Source of the DNA: Torpedo marmorata
Taxonomy: Eukaryota
DNA length: 64,000 nt
NCBI GenBank assembly: GCA_977017645.1
Contig: OZ360240.1
Location: 34,224,001-34,288,000 of the forward strand
Direction of reading: 5' to 3'
Each line of letters begins with the position of its first letter. Positions within the stretch are counted from its first letter, which is position 1. Made by a program: the position numbers and the translations under genes. Under the pieces are notes generated by a model. It had not been told where the DNA came from. It saw only the letters and a program-made list of their open reading frames with translations, and made no database searches. Below are positions 12,295 to 23,494 of this stretch, one piece after another.

Positions 12295-13270
12295 ATGGAT
12301 GTAGAAATTTTTTTGGAATCACCTGAACCTGATACTTTAATAAAGGCTAAAAGGAACAGTTAGTGGCTGTAGCAATAGAGTTGGGCATTGCTTCTGTAAA
12401 GCCATCAATGAAAAAGGCAGAGATTGGGAGAAAAATTGCCAAATACTATATAAAAGGGAAAACGTTTGAGGAGAGCGTGTTACAGCAGTTTCCCCAAGGG
12501 TAAACCTTCTGAAAACATACAGTTGGAACAAAAGAAATTGGAATTGGAATTGCAACAAAAGAAATTAGACAGAGAACAAAAGAGATTAGATTTGGAGGTA
12601 GCCAGGGAACAAAATAAATTAGACAGGGAATTGAAACAAAAGAGATTAGACTTGGAGGCAGCCAAAGAACAAAAAAGATTAGACTTGGAAGCAGCCAGAG
12701 AACAAAAGAGATTAGACTTAGAGAGAGAGGAGAACATTAGGCAATATGAGCTGGAAAAGATTAAGTTGGAAAATAAGAGGAGACAAGAAGAGCACCAAAA
12801 TCAAATTCATGGTCCTGTTGAGAGTTTTTTGGTGAGTAGAGAAGTTAGGTTGGTTCCTCAATTTGAGGAGGCAGAAATAGATAAGTACTTCCAGCATTTT
12901 GAAAAGGTGGCTGTGAAATTAAAATGGCCACAAGATCAATGAACTCTTATGTTACAACGTGTAATTAAAGGAAAAGCTCAGCAAGCTTATTCTGCTCTTA
13001 CCACGGAGCAAGCTGCTGATTATGAAACAGTGAAAAAGGCTATACTCCAGGCTTATGAGTTAGTTCCAGAGGCTTATAGACAGAAGTTTAGAAATTTAAA
13101 AAGGTCAGCAACCCAATCTTACACAGTGTTTGCCTATGAAAAAGTTATGTGTTTTGACCGGTGGTGCACATCTAAAGCGGTAAACAATGATTACAATCAA
13201 TTGAGAGAATTGATACTAATTGAGGAGATAAAAAGGTGTGTTCCTGAGGATATTAAGGCATACTTAGATA
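12295..13270 (+). pseudogene. Disrupted gag (coiled coil plus SCAN-like capsid domain) of the Gmr1-like element
   Basis: VRLVPQFEEAEIDKYFQHFEKVA..LKWP; GKAQQAYSAL..DYETVKKAILQAYELVPEAYRQKFR..LRELILIEE; has a frameshift and a stop. Confidence 0.85.
12526..12730 (+). repeat. In-frame 21/33-bp tandem repeats in gag
   Basis: Repeated gaacaaaagagattagacttggaggcagcca units encoding EQKRLDLEAA(R/K). Confidence 0.9.
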
Positions 13271-16200
13271 AGAAGTGTTTATAGACGTTGTTAGTGGGGT
13301 TGATTGTTGTGAAATTATATGTTTAATTTGTCGTTAATAAATATAAATTTCAATTTTGCCCCTTTTGCATTGCGTCTTCTGTCATTGCTTTTTTGAGTTT
13401 GTAACAACTGTGATATAGCAAGAAAATTACTCCATTGCACTTGAACTGCCTGTGGTTAATATTTTGCTCATCCAGTTGCTAGGAGAGCAGTGGTAACAAA
13501 TCCTTGAAATGATGGCTGATAGGCCACTCAAGTAAAGTAAACTTACTGATTGGCATTGCAGGGTTTACCACATATTGCAAGAATTGTTCTCTTTGTATCT
13601 TATGGCAGACAACTATAATATAGTTTAGGTTGAGTGCAGTCAAATATATCAAAGAAGGTGAATTCAGGGTCAATAATTTAAAATGAAAGTCAGTTCCGCA
13701 AGTTTTGCAATATGTAGAGATTACAAAATAATAGTGCTAAATAAAAATTAAACTTAGATTATACCAAAGTGTATATATGAATAAACATATTGGTTTTACC
13801 AAAAGAATAATATAATTCACTGTCCAATGAAAGTCCACTTTTGGGTGGTTCTGAGAGTGCTTGTAATAGCACCCTCTGTATTAAAGGAGGAGGGTGCTAT
13901 TACAAGGACCCTTCTTTAATAATTATGAAATTATTATTTGCACATTCACATGTATATGTGCAAAAAATACATATTTTCAATCTGTCCTTCCATAAACAGT
14001 TTGGCTTTAGAGTTGAGAACCAGCGGAAATAAACAGTTTGGCTTGAGAACCAGTGGAATAGCCTCTGGATAAGGACTTGGCTGTGGAGAAATTGCTTCAC
14101 TCAGGGTGTTATGAATTTTTGGAATTACTCCTGTAAATGCTCGATTAATGATAATGTTAAAATCTAAAATCAGTAGCTTCTTGGATACTTAAGGAACTGA
14201 GATCTATGGAGGGTGATATAGAGCTGAACTAGATCATATTCATGGTTCAAATGACCAAACTGATTATATTCTCTTCTTCTTGATATACTTCTTACCTGGG
14301 ACAGGCTCAGGAATTTATAGTTGTCTGCTTTTATACACATATCATAACCAAAACCACATACTGATGCAATTAATGAATATAGTGGTTGCCTTGTGGCCCT
14401 GCTGGCTGTCCCAGATCTTGTTTCTAAATAACTGTAAGAAATAGATTGCTGCATCAAAGTACTCTCCCCAGCATGGGGATTATGGACATATTTATACATC
14501 GTAAATAACGGTTTTGATTTTTCAGGAAAATGAAGAATATAATTCCCAAAAGAGCTGGTAAAAAAATCTCAGAATCTTCAGTCATAAAAATAAATTTGAT
14601 ATTTAGTCACGACTGCAAAGAACCACAGTCCTTTTCTATATTACAAGCAAGATCACTAGTTTTCCATTTTTATATGAAAATCAATAGGAAAACACAATAT
14701 AATCCTTAAAACCAGTGCAAATTCTCAAATCCTATGTAATACAAAAAATGGAACTTGACTTATTCAATTACTGTAAACCACCAGCCCTGATTATACAGTT
14801 AAAGAGTTAGTCGTACTGCAGCCAAGAAATTAATTAACTTCATTGTGCCAAAGCACAGGTTCTGTATTATGGGAATGTTGAACATATATGGATTATTAAT
14901 GTAATGGCTAGTTCCTACTGACACAAAGAAATGCCAGAATTTCCAGCTGCCAATTTACCCTGGCTTTTTTCATACTGCTCTCATTGTCGAAGGCAAAATG
15001 GCACATAATCGAAAGGAAACGATTGTGGACCTTCTGGGAGAAACTGCTGGCTGCGTGCAAGATCAGACTTGCTCAGTGAAGTGGTAGGGAGGCTTTTAAA
15101 CCCATTTGACCTGATATGATTGGAAAGAGGAAGTACTACATTCCACATTAATCAGCTACGCTGCAGTTTGTTTCAGATGTGAAAGGATAATATGGCAACA
15201 CAAGACACGTGGACATGTAAAATATCCCTCTGATCCCGACACAGAGCAAAGAAGCAAATATCCGCACGATGATACAAATGAAGTAGAAGTTACACAAAAA
15301 CAACAAGGACTGTGGGGTAAAATAGAAGGGAGTTGAAGAGCGTAAACAAGTGCAGGCTGAGACACATCTCTACCTCATCATCAAAATATCCCAAAGTGCT
15401 TCACTTCTAATTAATTGTTATGGACAACGTAAGCACATGCCTTTTAATTGCTCAGTATTGTGATGCCCTGCCAATGGAGGACATGGTGATGATCATTCAT
15501 GTGTAATCAAGGTGTTAAACCTGCATCCCAAGCATTGGAAGCAAGGGCATGTGTGCAATGACATTAGGTGAGTTCAAATGTGGGTGTGCTGCCTTTGTGG
15601 TTGTTACAGCCGGCCAGTTAGACAGTTGGCACTTAGCAACACTATTTCTTCAATGAAAGATGCATTTATAACTAATGAACGCAGACACAACTTAACAACA
15701 ATTAATGTTTGGGTGAATAGATATCGGGCCATCTTTTTTTTTGGAATATTTTATTTAAAATTTTTGATAATACATGTAATATTACCCCATCCCTTATCCC
15801 CCTCCCCCCAAGCCACCCCCTTCAAAGTAATGTATTTATATTGCAAATATATATGTATAAAAAAAAAGAAAAATAGAAAAAGGAAAGACATTTTTGGATT
15901 GCAAAGAGGAGCACCACCCAGGAGATATCTCAAAATATCATATACACACACTTAGAGGATGGTCTTACAGTTCTAGAGGCGTAAAAAAAACCATCTTTAC
16001 AAATTTAATCTCATTTTTTGGGTGTACGGACGCCATATTTGCAAAAAAGTAGAATATTTGTTCCTCAAATTATATGTGATTTTTTTCTAAAGGAATACAA
16101 CTTTGAATTTCCCCATGCCACCTTTGCATATCCAAGGATATATCGGATTTCCAAGTCACAGCAATACATTTCCTCACTACTGCTAAGGCTAATTTAACAA

Positions 16201-17157
16201 ATACCAATTGATAATTTGATAGTTTCAATTTAGGTCTTGCACCCTCAATATTTCCTAAAAGAGCTAAATCGGGTGTTTGTGGAAATACAATTCCTGTAAC
16301 TTGTTCTAAAAAATTTCGTATGTCTAGCCAAAATGTTTTTACCTTGGGGCAAGACCAAGTTGAATGTATAAAAGAACCTACATCTTCACCACATCTAAAA
16401 CATTGATCAGATAATTCTGATTTTATTCTATTTAACTTCTGTGGTGTCAGATATAATTGAAGCAAAAAATTATATTGAACTAATCTATATCTTACATTTA
16501 TAGTGTTCGTCATAGAATCTTTACATAAATTTTCCCATGTTTGTTGATTGATTGTGATATTTAAGTCTGTTTCCCATCTCTGTCCAGATCTATTTAACCC
16601 TTGTTTAGGAGCTCCAGCTTGTAATAGTTCATAAATCTTAGAAGTAATTTTTTTAACAATTCCTCTCCTAATCAAGAGCTCTACTTCATTGCAACTAGGT
16701 AAAGGCATGGTTGGTCCCAATTTGTCTCTCAAATATGCTTTTAATTGAAAAGAACAAAAAATAGTATTTTGTGGTATGGCATATTTGTTCCTCAACAGTA
16801 CAAATGACATTAATTGACCTCTTTCATTTAAAAAAAATTATTTAAAATTTTTAATCACACGATAGTACATGTTTATATTTAGTAATTCTCTCTCCATCAG
16901 ACCGACCGGTTCCCCCTTCCACATTTGTAATATACTTGACATCTCCTTAGAAAAGAAAGAAAAACAAAAAATAAAAAGAAAATAAAAAAAACACTATATA
17001 ATATATAAAAAAAAATACTGGTATATTTATACCAGTACTACCACCCTCTATTGTTCGGGAAGTGGCCCTCGCCACTAAGGTGACGTGTGATTAGGTACGG
17101 AGAAGACAAAAAGTCCACCCCCCCAACAGATTTTACATAATATTTGTTATCATTTCT

Positions 17158-20100
17158 TCATCCAACTTCTTCCAGATCTCTATTAACTTGATCCTCATTT
17201 ATTTTGACCCCCTCTTCTTGTCCTGAAGCTCTTGATGAAAAGAAATCACGAGTCGGTTCCGTAGTAACTTGAGGTTGTCCCATCAGTTCCTGATCTTTCT
17301 TTAATTTCAAAAGTGAATTTGCATACTTCAAAGCTTCTTGATGATCAGTAAAAAAGGATGACTGATTCTCTCCAGACTGTACCTTCAATGTCGCAGGATA
17401 TCTGAATGAAAATTTATATCCTTTACTCCAAAAAATTGCTTTCACTGGGTTAAATTCTTTTCATTTTTTAATTATTGCTGCACTTAGATCAGCATAAAAA
17501 AATACCCTATTTTTATTAATTATTAATGGAATCTGGTTCATTCTAGCATTTTGAACAGCTAATTTCAATATCTTCTCTTTATCCTGGTAACAGAGACATC
17601 TGATTAACACTGAACGTGGCCTTTGTCCAGGATTCGGTTTCTTTCTGCTATCTCTATGAGCTCTATCTAATTCAAGTCCATTCGTAAAGTGTTCAATACC
17701 CAAAATTTCTGGAATCCAATCTTTTTTTTTTTTTTAATATTTTATTTTAATTTTTTAAATTTTTCACAGTAATACAACATACGTATTATACATTATTAAT
17801 TCTAGTACATAGAAAAACATAATTTGTATTACAGTGTATCTAACCCCTCTCATAACCCACCCTCTATAAAGTTGCCCACCCTCCACCCTTCCCCTCCCTT
17901 AATTCCCTCCCAATCTAAAAACTAAAAGAAAAAATAGAAAAGAAGGTATTAATATTTCTTATCCAATATAACAAAATGGATCGCTGCTGGGTCCACGGCT
18001 CGACGCGTGGTATTCAACAGTATTTATTCTTTAAGTTTGAGAGAGTCAATAGGGTCCAGGATGTAGAGCAACACATTCAAATATTCATACCTAATGATTG
18101 GATATATGGACGCCAAATTTTCAAAAATATCCCATATTTGTTTCTCATATTATATGTTATTCTTTCCAAAGGAATACAGCTCCGCATCTCTGAATTCCAC
18201 CTATCTATACTTAAACTTGTATCTGATTTCCAAGTTACTGCTATACACTTCCTTGCTACTGCTAAAGCAATTTTTACAAATTTCAATTGACATGTAGATA
18301 ACTTCAACTTTGGTCTGGTTCCTTCCACATTTCCTAATAGGAATAAATCAGGATTCTGTGGAAATGTAACACCTGTAATTTGCTGTAACCGATTCCCTAA
18401 CTCTATCCAAAAACCTTTAACTTTAGAACATGACCATGTTGAATGTAGAAAAGTTCCCTCCACTTCACCACATCTAAAACACCTATTTGATAACGTAGAT
18501 TTTATCTTATTCAATTTTTGTGGTGTAAGGTATAATTGATGTAAAAAATTATATTGTACTAATCTACATCTTACATTAATAGTATTAGTCATACTGTCTT
18601 GACATAAATCCGACCATCTTTTTTCATCAATTGTAACATTAAGATCTTGCTCCCATCTTTGTTTAGACTTATGAAGTCCTTGTTTTAAAGCTCCCCTTTG
18701 TAACAAAGAATACATTATAGAAGTAAATTTTTTAATATTTCCTTTCCTAATAAGAATTTCTACCTCACTACAATCTTGTAACAACATATCTGGACCTAGT
18801 TTTTCTCTTAAATAACCTTTTAATTGAAAATAACAAAAAAGAGTGTTATTGGGTATTCCATATTTATCCCGTAGTTGTACAAACGACATCAGCTGGTTCC
18901 CTTCATAACAATCTTCTATCTTCTTTATTCCTTTCTGTGACCATATGTTTAAAAATTGATTATCTTTTGTAAATGGTATAAGATTATTCTGTATCAAAGG
19001 CATTTTGGGTGATATGTTTCCTTTCATCCCTATCTCATCATTAATCTTGTTCCAGGCATTAATCAAATGTTTTAACAACGGCGTTTCTTTAACACCTATC
19101 AATAATTTTGAATTCCATTTATATATAAATTCTTCTGGTATCTTTTCTCCTATTTCGCCAAGCTCTATTCCAACCCATGCAGGTCTTACTTCACTTTCAA
19201 AAAAGGAAGTAACAAATCTCATTTGTGCCACTCGATAATAATTCTTAAAATTAGGGAGTTGTAAACCTCCCAGTTGATATTTCCATGTTAAACGTTCCAT
19301 CGAAACTCTTGACATTTTACCTTTCCAAAGAAACTTTTGCACCTGTTTATTTAAATCCTGAAAAAAAGCCTGTGGTAATAAAATAGGTATAGTTTGATAC
19401 AGGTACTGTAGGGAATCCAATCTTGAAAAAAATCAGTTATGTTCACCCCTTCAAAATCTTCGGGCAATCCCACGATTTTAACATTATTTCTCCGACTCTG
19501 ATTTTCCAATACATCTATTTTTTGTAAAAGTTAATTTCTTTGTTGCTCCCAACCTGTAAATGAGTCTTCCACTTTATCTACTCTATCTTTATAATACACC
19601 ATTTCTTCATAGTGCTCTTTAACATCATTTTCAATTTTCTGGACTTTCGATATTACTTTATCCACAGTATTTGTATGTTTTTTCATATCTTGTTTCATGC
19701 CTCTCATTTCTTCCTCAATTCCATTAAATCTAAATTCCATGCGTTGATTCATATTTGACACTTGTTTTGTTAAATTATCCATAGCTTTAATCAAAATCTC
19801 TGATATTTCTTGTTTAGCTTGAGGTAATTGAGCCTCCTCTGCACTTAATTCCTCATCCTCTCCCTCCATTTCTTCTATTTCTTCCTCCATTTTTTCATCT
19901 TTCTCTCTCCTTTTGTCCTCTGACTCCGTTGATAATGAGAAATCCTGTCCAACATCATACTGAAATGATTGAAGGACTCTTCTTTTGCCGTCAGCCTTAG
20001 CTGACAGCTCCCGTTCTTTATTGCGCATGCGCGATCGTTCACTCTCGGGTTGTAGTTCCTTCGTCTTCCTTCGAGCGCCAGCGCCATCTTCCCCATCTCC

Positions 20101-20190
20101 CCGGGAGGACGGCACTGGCGCTGCAGTTACCTTAACCGTCCTTGTCCGCATCTTCCTGGGAGGGAGAGAAACTTGATCCCGAGGCTCCAT
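17158..20190 (-). pseudogene. L1 ORF1p (Transposase_22-like; coiled coil, RRM, CTD), ~443 codons reconstructed from 20190-19425 plus 17723-17158
   Basis: IDVLENQSRRNNVKIVGLPE, LDRAHR, PRSVLIR, FFYADLS, FRYPATLKV; one frame with two in-frame stops (19531, 17461) once the nested L1 and one TSD copy are removed. Confidence 0.9.
17724..19411 (-). mobile_element. L1 #3: 5'-truncated L1 nested inside the ORF1-only element
   Basis: Intact poly(A); uninterrupted ORF2 C-terminal frame 18077-19411 (GGLQLPNFKNYY..CFRC..HSTWSC); 13-bp TSD GGAATCCAATCTT at 17711-17723 and 19412-19424. Confidence 0.95.
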
Positions 20191-21558
20191 CGCTAAGGTA
20201 GGCCTATCTTACTCTTGAATTAAACTTTCCTGAAGCAATACTTTCTTTGACTTTTCCTCCTTCCCTTTTCTTGTAGTCATTCTTCAATCTTAACTTTTTT
20301 TAATAACTAAATAAAGTTTTTTTTAAACAGGTTTTAATTAATTCTGTAGGGAGAGGTGTATTTCCACGTCTCCAACCTATGCCATCACACCACATTAATT
20401 GACCTCTTTCATAACAATCTTCAAGATTTACAATACCATTACGGTACCAAATATTCAAAAACTGGTTATCTCTTGAAAAAGCTATAAATGGATTTTGATT
20501 TAATGGCATTTTAGGCGATATAAATCTTTTTATTCCAATTTCATCTTTTTTTTATTCCAAATATTGAGTAAATGTTTCAATAATGGTGTATCTTTACCAG
20601 CAGTTATCAATTTCGGTTCCCATTTATATATAAAATCTTCTGCTATCTTTTCTGCTATCTTATTCAGTTCTATATTTACCCACGCTTTTTTTTATCTTCA
20701 AAAAAAAGAAGCAAGAAATCTCATTTGAGCGGCTCGATAATCATTTTTAAAAATTATTGACCTCTTAAATAAGCCTTTAAAGCTTCCCAAATAATACATT
20801 TATTATTAATTGAATTTGAATATATTGAGTATATAGTCTTCATAAAGATATCTCAGGATCAGTCAAATATATTAATAATTGCCAGGCTAATACCTTATGT
20901 GACCTCTCACCTAATTCATAATATCTTTGTTTCGTTCTTACTATTGCTTTCTCAGTTATATACATTTGTAATGTATTATATTGCGTGCCATCTTGAAGAT
21001 AGTATAAATGATCTAAATGTTGACGAGTTTTGAAGTCTGTCTTTTATTTTACAGAATTGAATGTACCCATTGTTCTGTGGTAAATTGAACTGAACATATC
21101 CATTTCCCGGAAAATGTATTTAACTTGATTGTTCCCACTCCACTGTGTGATAGAGGATAATTGCATCCATTCCGTGGCAATGTAAGTTCTCCTTTACTCA
21201 CTTCTGTCACTGCTGTGCCGTAATTTAGGTGTTTTGGCCGCAGTGACTTGTCAACATTCACAGCTCTGTAATCCAAAGCATGTCATGATTTTAGAGCCAA
21301 GTTAAAACACAGGTATATGGTTAAATTTCCCATGAGAGTCACAAGATTTTGAAAGCCAATCATAGGTCCTGCGATGAATTGGATGAGTTGTTGGTAGTGC
21401 CTTGGTTTCAAAAAAAATGGGAACTTCAGCTGTGATTGCTGGCGAACAATGGTTCTACACTAATTAGTCCGATCATGCACAGGAAAGATATCCATTCAAA
21501 AAGGGTTGACCTGCTGAGCACTGTTTTACTGCAAGTGCACTAATCTGGGTATACTTGC

Positions 21559-21734
21559 TTATAATGTAATAAGTACAATAAAATGGCAGCACCATACTTA
21601 CATGGTGTATCCTCATGAAGCTAGCGGCCACTCTGAATGATAAGTTTATAATGTAATAAGTACAATAAAATGGCAGCACCATACTTACATGGTGTATCCT
21701 CATGAAGCTAGCGGCCACTCTGAATGATAAGTTT
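21559..21734. repeat. Perfect 87-bp tandem duplication
   Basis: Unit ttataatgtaataagtac..ctctgaatgataagt starts at 21559 and 21646. Confidence 0.95.
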
Positions 21735-21831
21735 GGGACTCACTTCACCTTCTTTATCTCCTGTTACTTTCATGCAATGGATCTTTAGCAAGTTCCTAAC
21801 CCATCTTTAGAAATCTTTACTATACCTTGTT

Positions 21832-22070
21832 TTTAGACATACAGCACGGTAACAGGCCCTTCCGGCACATGAGCCCGTGCCACCCAATTACACTCAATTG
21901 ACCTACAAACCTTGTACGTTTTGAAGGGTGGGAGGAAATCAAAGCATCCGAAGGAAACCCACGCAGACACGGCGAGGAGATACCAACTCCTTACAGACAG
22001 TGCCGGATTTGAACCCGGGTCGATGGTGATGTATCACCGTTGCGCTAACCGCTACGCTAATCGTGCCACC
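21832..22070 (-). mobile_element. tRNA-derived V-SINE (HE1-like)
   Basis: Head GGTGGCACGATTAGCGTAGCGGTTAGCG, B-box GGTTCAAATCC, V-domain GTGTCTGCGTGGGTTTCC, CR1-like tail GGGCCTGTTACCGTGCTGTATGTCTAAA. Confidence 0.9.
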
Positions 22071-22353
22071 TTTATAAAAATTATACCTTATAAAGACTAT
22101 CGTTCAAGGTCAAGTATTACCACCACTTTCAAAATTTAGAGTTCAGGAAATGTGCCTGGCACCTTTTAAGACCAAATGATAGCAGGACTGCAGAGGTACT
22201 GGTTGTAGGATCATTCAGCTCTGTCCATTGCATTGTTTAGTTCTACATTGTAATTTCACTGGGTTTTTAGGTACGACTTGTACTGCTTCTGACATGTCTT
22301 TCTGCTTGCCGCATGGAACTGAGGTTGAACCCCTGCCTTGATGGTAACAATTT

Positions 22354-22510
22354 GGTGGCACGGTTAGCGTAGCGGTTAGTGCAATGCTTTTACAGTGCCA
22401 GTGACCCGGGTTCAAATCCCCCCACCCTCTAAAAACGTACGGGTTAATTGATGTATTTGGGTGGAGCGGGCTCATGGGCCGGAAGGGCCTGTTACCGTGA
22501 TGTATCTCTT
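22354..22510 (+). mobile_element. V-SINE (HE1-like) with central domain deleted
   Basis: tRNA head and B-box joined almost directly to the tail region. Confidence 0.85.
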
Positions 22511-23221
22511 TAAAAAAAAAAAAAGAGTGAATGCTATGCCAAACACTGAAGTTACTGATTGTAAGACTGTACATTTCTGCTGTTGCTGATGGGAAAAGTG
22601 CACCAAGGACAGTTGGTTTTGAGTTTCCATGTCTGCTCCAAGCCTTAAGCATGGTGGTTGTGTCACATAACATAATGGAAGCTCTCGTCGTTATGAAGAC
22701 GGCACTTTATCTCTCAAAGAACTGCATGGTGGTCACTTCTTCCAACACTGTCATACACAAATCAAGGTACAACAGGTCGATCGGGGAGAATGACATCGTG
22801 ATTTATTCTTTGTGTTAGTTTGCACACTGCCTGCCACAGATCCAAATTGGTAGCTCTGCCTTTTAGCACTCACCAGCTTTACTAAGCCACTTCTGCTGAT
22901 GGGCATTGACGTCCCTCCCAGAGTACACATTGTGGAGGAATCTGGCACCTTTTCTGTGCAGTTTGATTCTACGAGTTTGAATATGTTACGTTGATGCTTG
23001 ACTAGGCTGCGAGACAGCCGGGTGATAGAAAGGAGGACTTTGCAAAGCTGATTGGGCTGGAGGCAACTGTGCCATGCTCTGATTGGGTGCCTAGGTTGAT
23101 GCCAAATGATTCATCTGAGTTTATTGTCATTGTGAACATGTTTTCTGTTGAGTTTCCATGTCACTGAGGATTTCTTCTGAAAAATGCATTTCTTGTTCTT
23201 CCTACTTCTCACGGTTATTAA

Positions 23222-23494
23222 CCCTTTGGACTCCGGCCTTTTTTAACCTTTCATAATATATACTCTGGACTGGGTCCATGGGTAAACTACAGTATGAACA
23301 ACAGTACAAACTAGCTGGTGGTCGGGTATAAAAAAAAGTCCTGGAAAAAGAGGACATGGAGTTTATGCACTTGTTGGTAGTCCCTGAAAACCGGGACAAA
23401 GAGTATATGTGCTTGTTGGTGGACCCTGAAAACTGGGACAGAGAATATGCACTTGTTGGTAGTCCCTGAAAACAGGGTTACAGAGTCCAAAGGG
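23222..23494. mobile_element. 273-bp piggyBac-type MITE
   Basis: TTAA on both sides, CCC..GGG ends, 12-bp TIR CCCTTTGGACTC, three ~41-bp internal repeats at 23359-23477. Confidence 0.9.

Larger units (their letters stand above)
11289..13406 (+). mobile_element. Gypsy (Gmr1-like) LTR retrotransposon, internally deleted
   Basis: 5' LTR 11289-12166 (TGTTA..TAACA), PBS, gag, then 13264-13406 repeats LTR 12026-12166; ACTG flanks both ends. Confidence 0.85.
16828..20391 (-). mobile_element. ORF1-only L1-derived element (HAL1-like), about 1.86 kb after removing nested L1 #3
   Basis: 21-bp TSD ACATTAATTGACCTCTTTCAT; 5' end GGTGTGATGGCATAGG; ~200-nt 5' UTR; ORF1; ~330-nt tail ending in an L1-like AAAATTTTAAATAA; no ORF2 between the TSDs. 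Confidence 0.8.
15733..20820 (-). mobile_element. L1 #1 (outer host): 3' UTR and ORF2 C-terminus at 15733-16827, continued at 20413-20820
   Basis: Poly(T) at 15734; ORF2 16070-16810; CYERGQLM is split by a 21-bp duplication (16807-16827 = 20392-20412). Confidence 0.9.

Noticed and set aside
21595-21606. ATACTTACATGG resembling the U1 snRNA 5' end, or a minus-strand splice donor
   Set aside because: No further U1 similarity, and the upstream minus-strand sequence has stops in all three frames, so no coding exon can be supported.
22354-22425. tRNA-like sequences with A and B boxes (also in the other HE1-like copies)
   Set aside because: Followed by SINE body and LINE-derived tail; SINE heads, not tRNA genes.
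23359-23477. Three regularly spaced repeats, superficially CRISPR-like
   Set aside because: No unique spacers, no cas genes, eukaryotic context; they are subterminal repeats of a piggyBac MITE.
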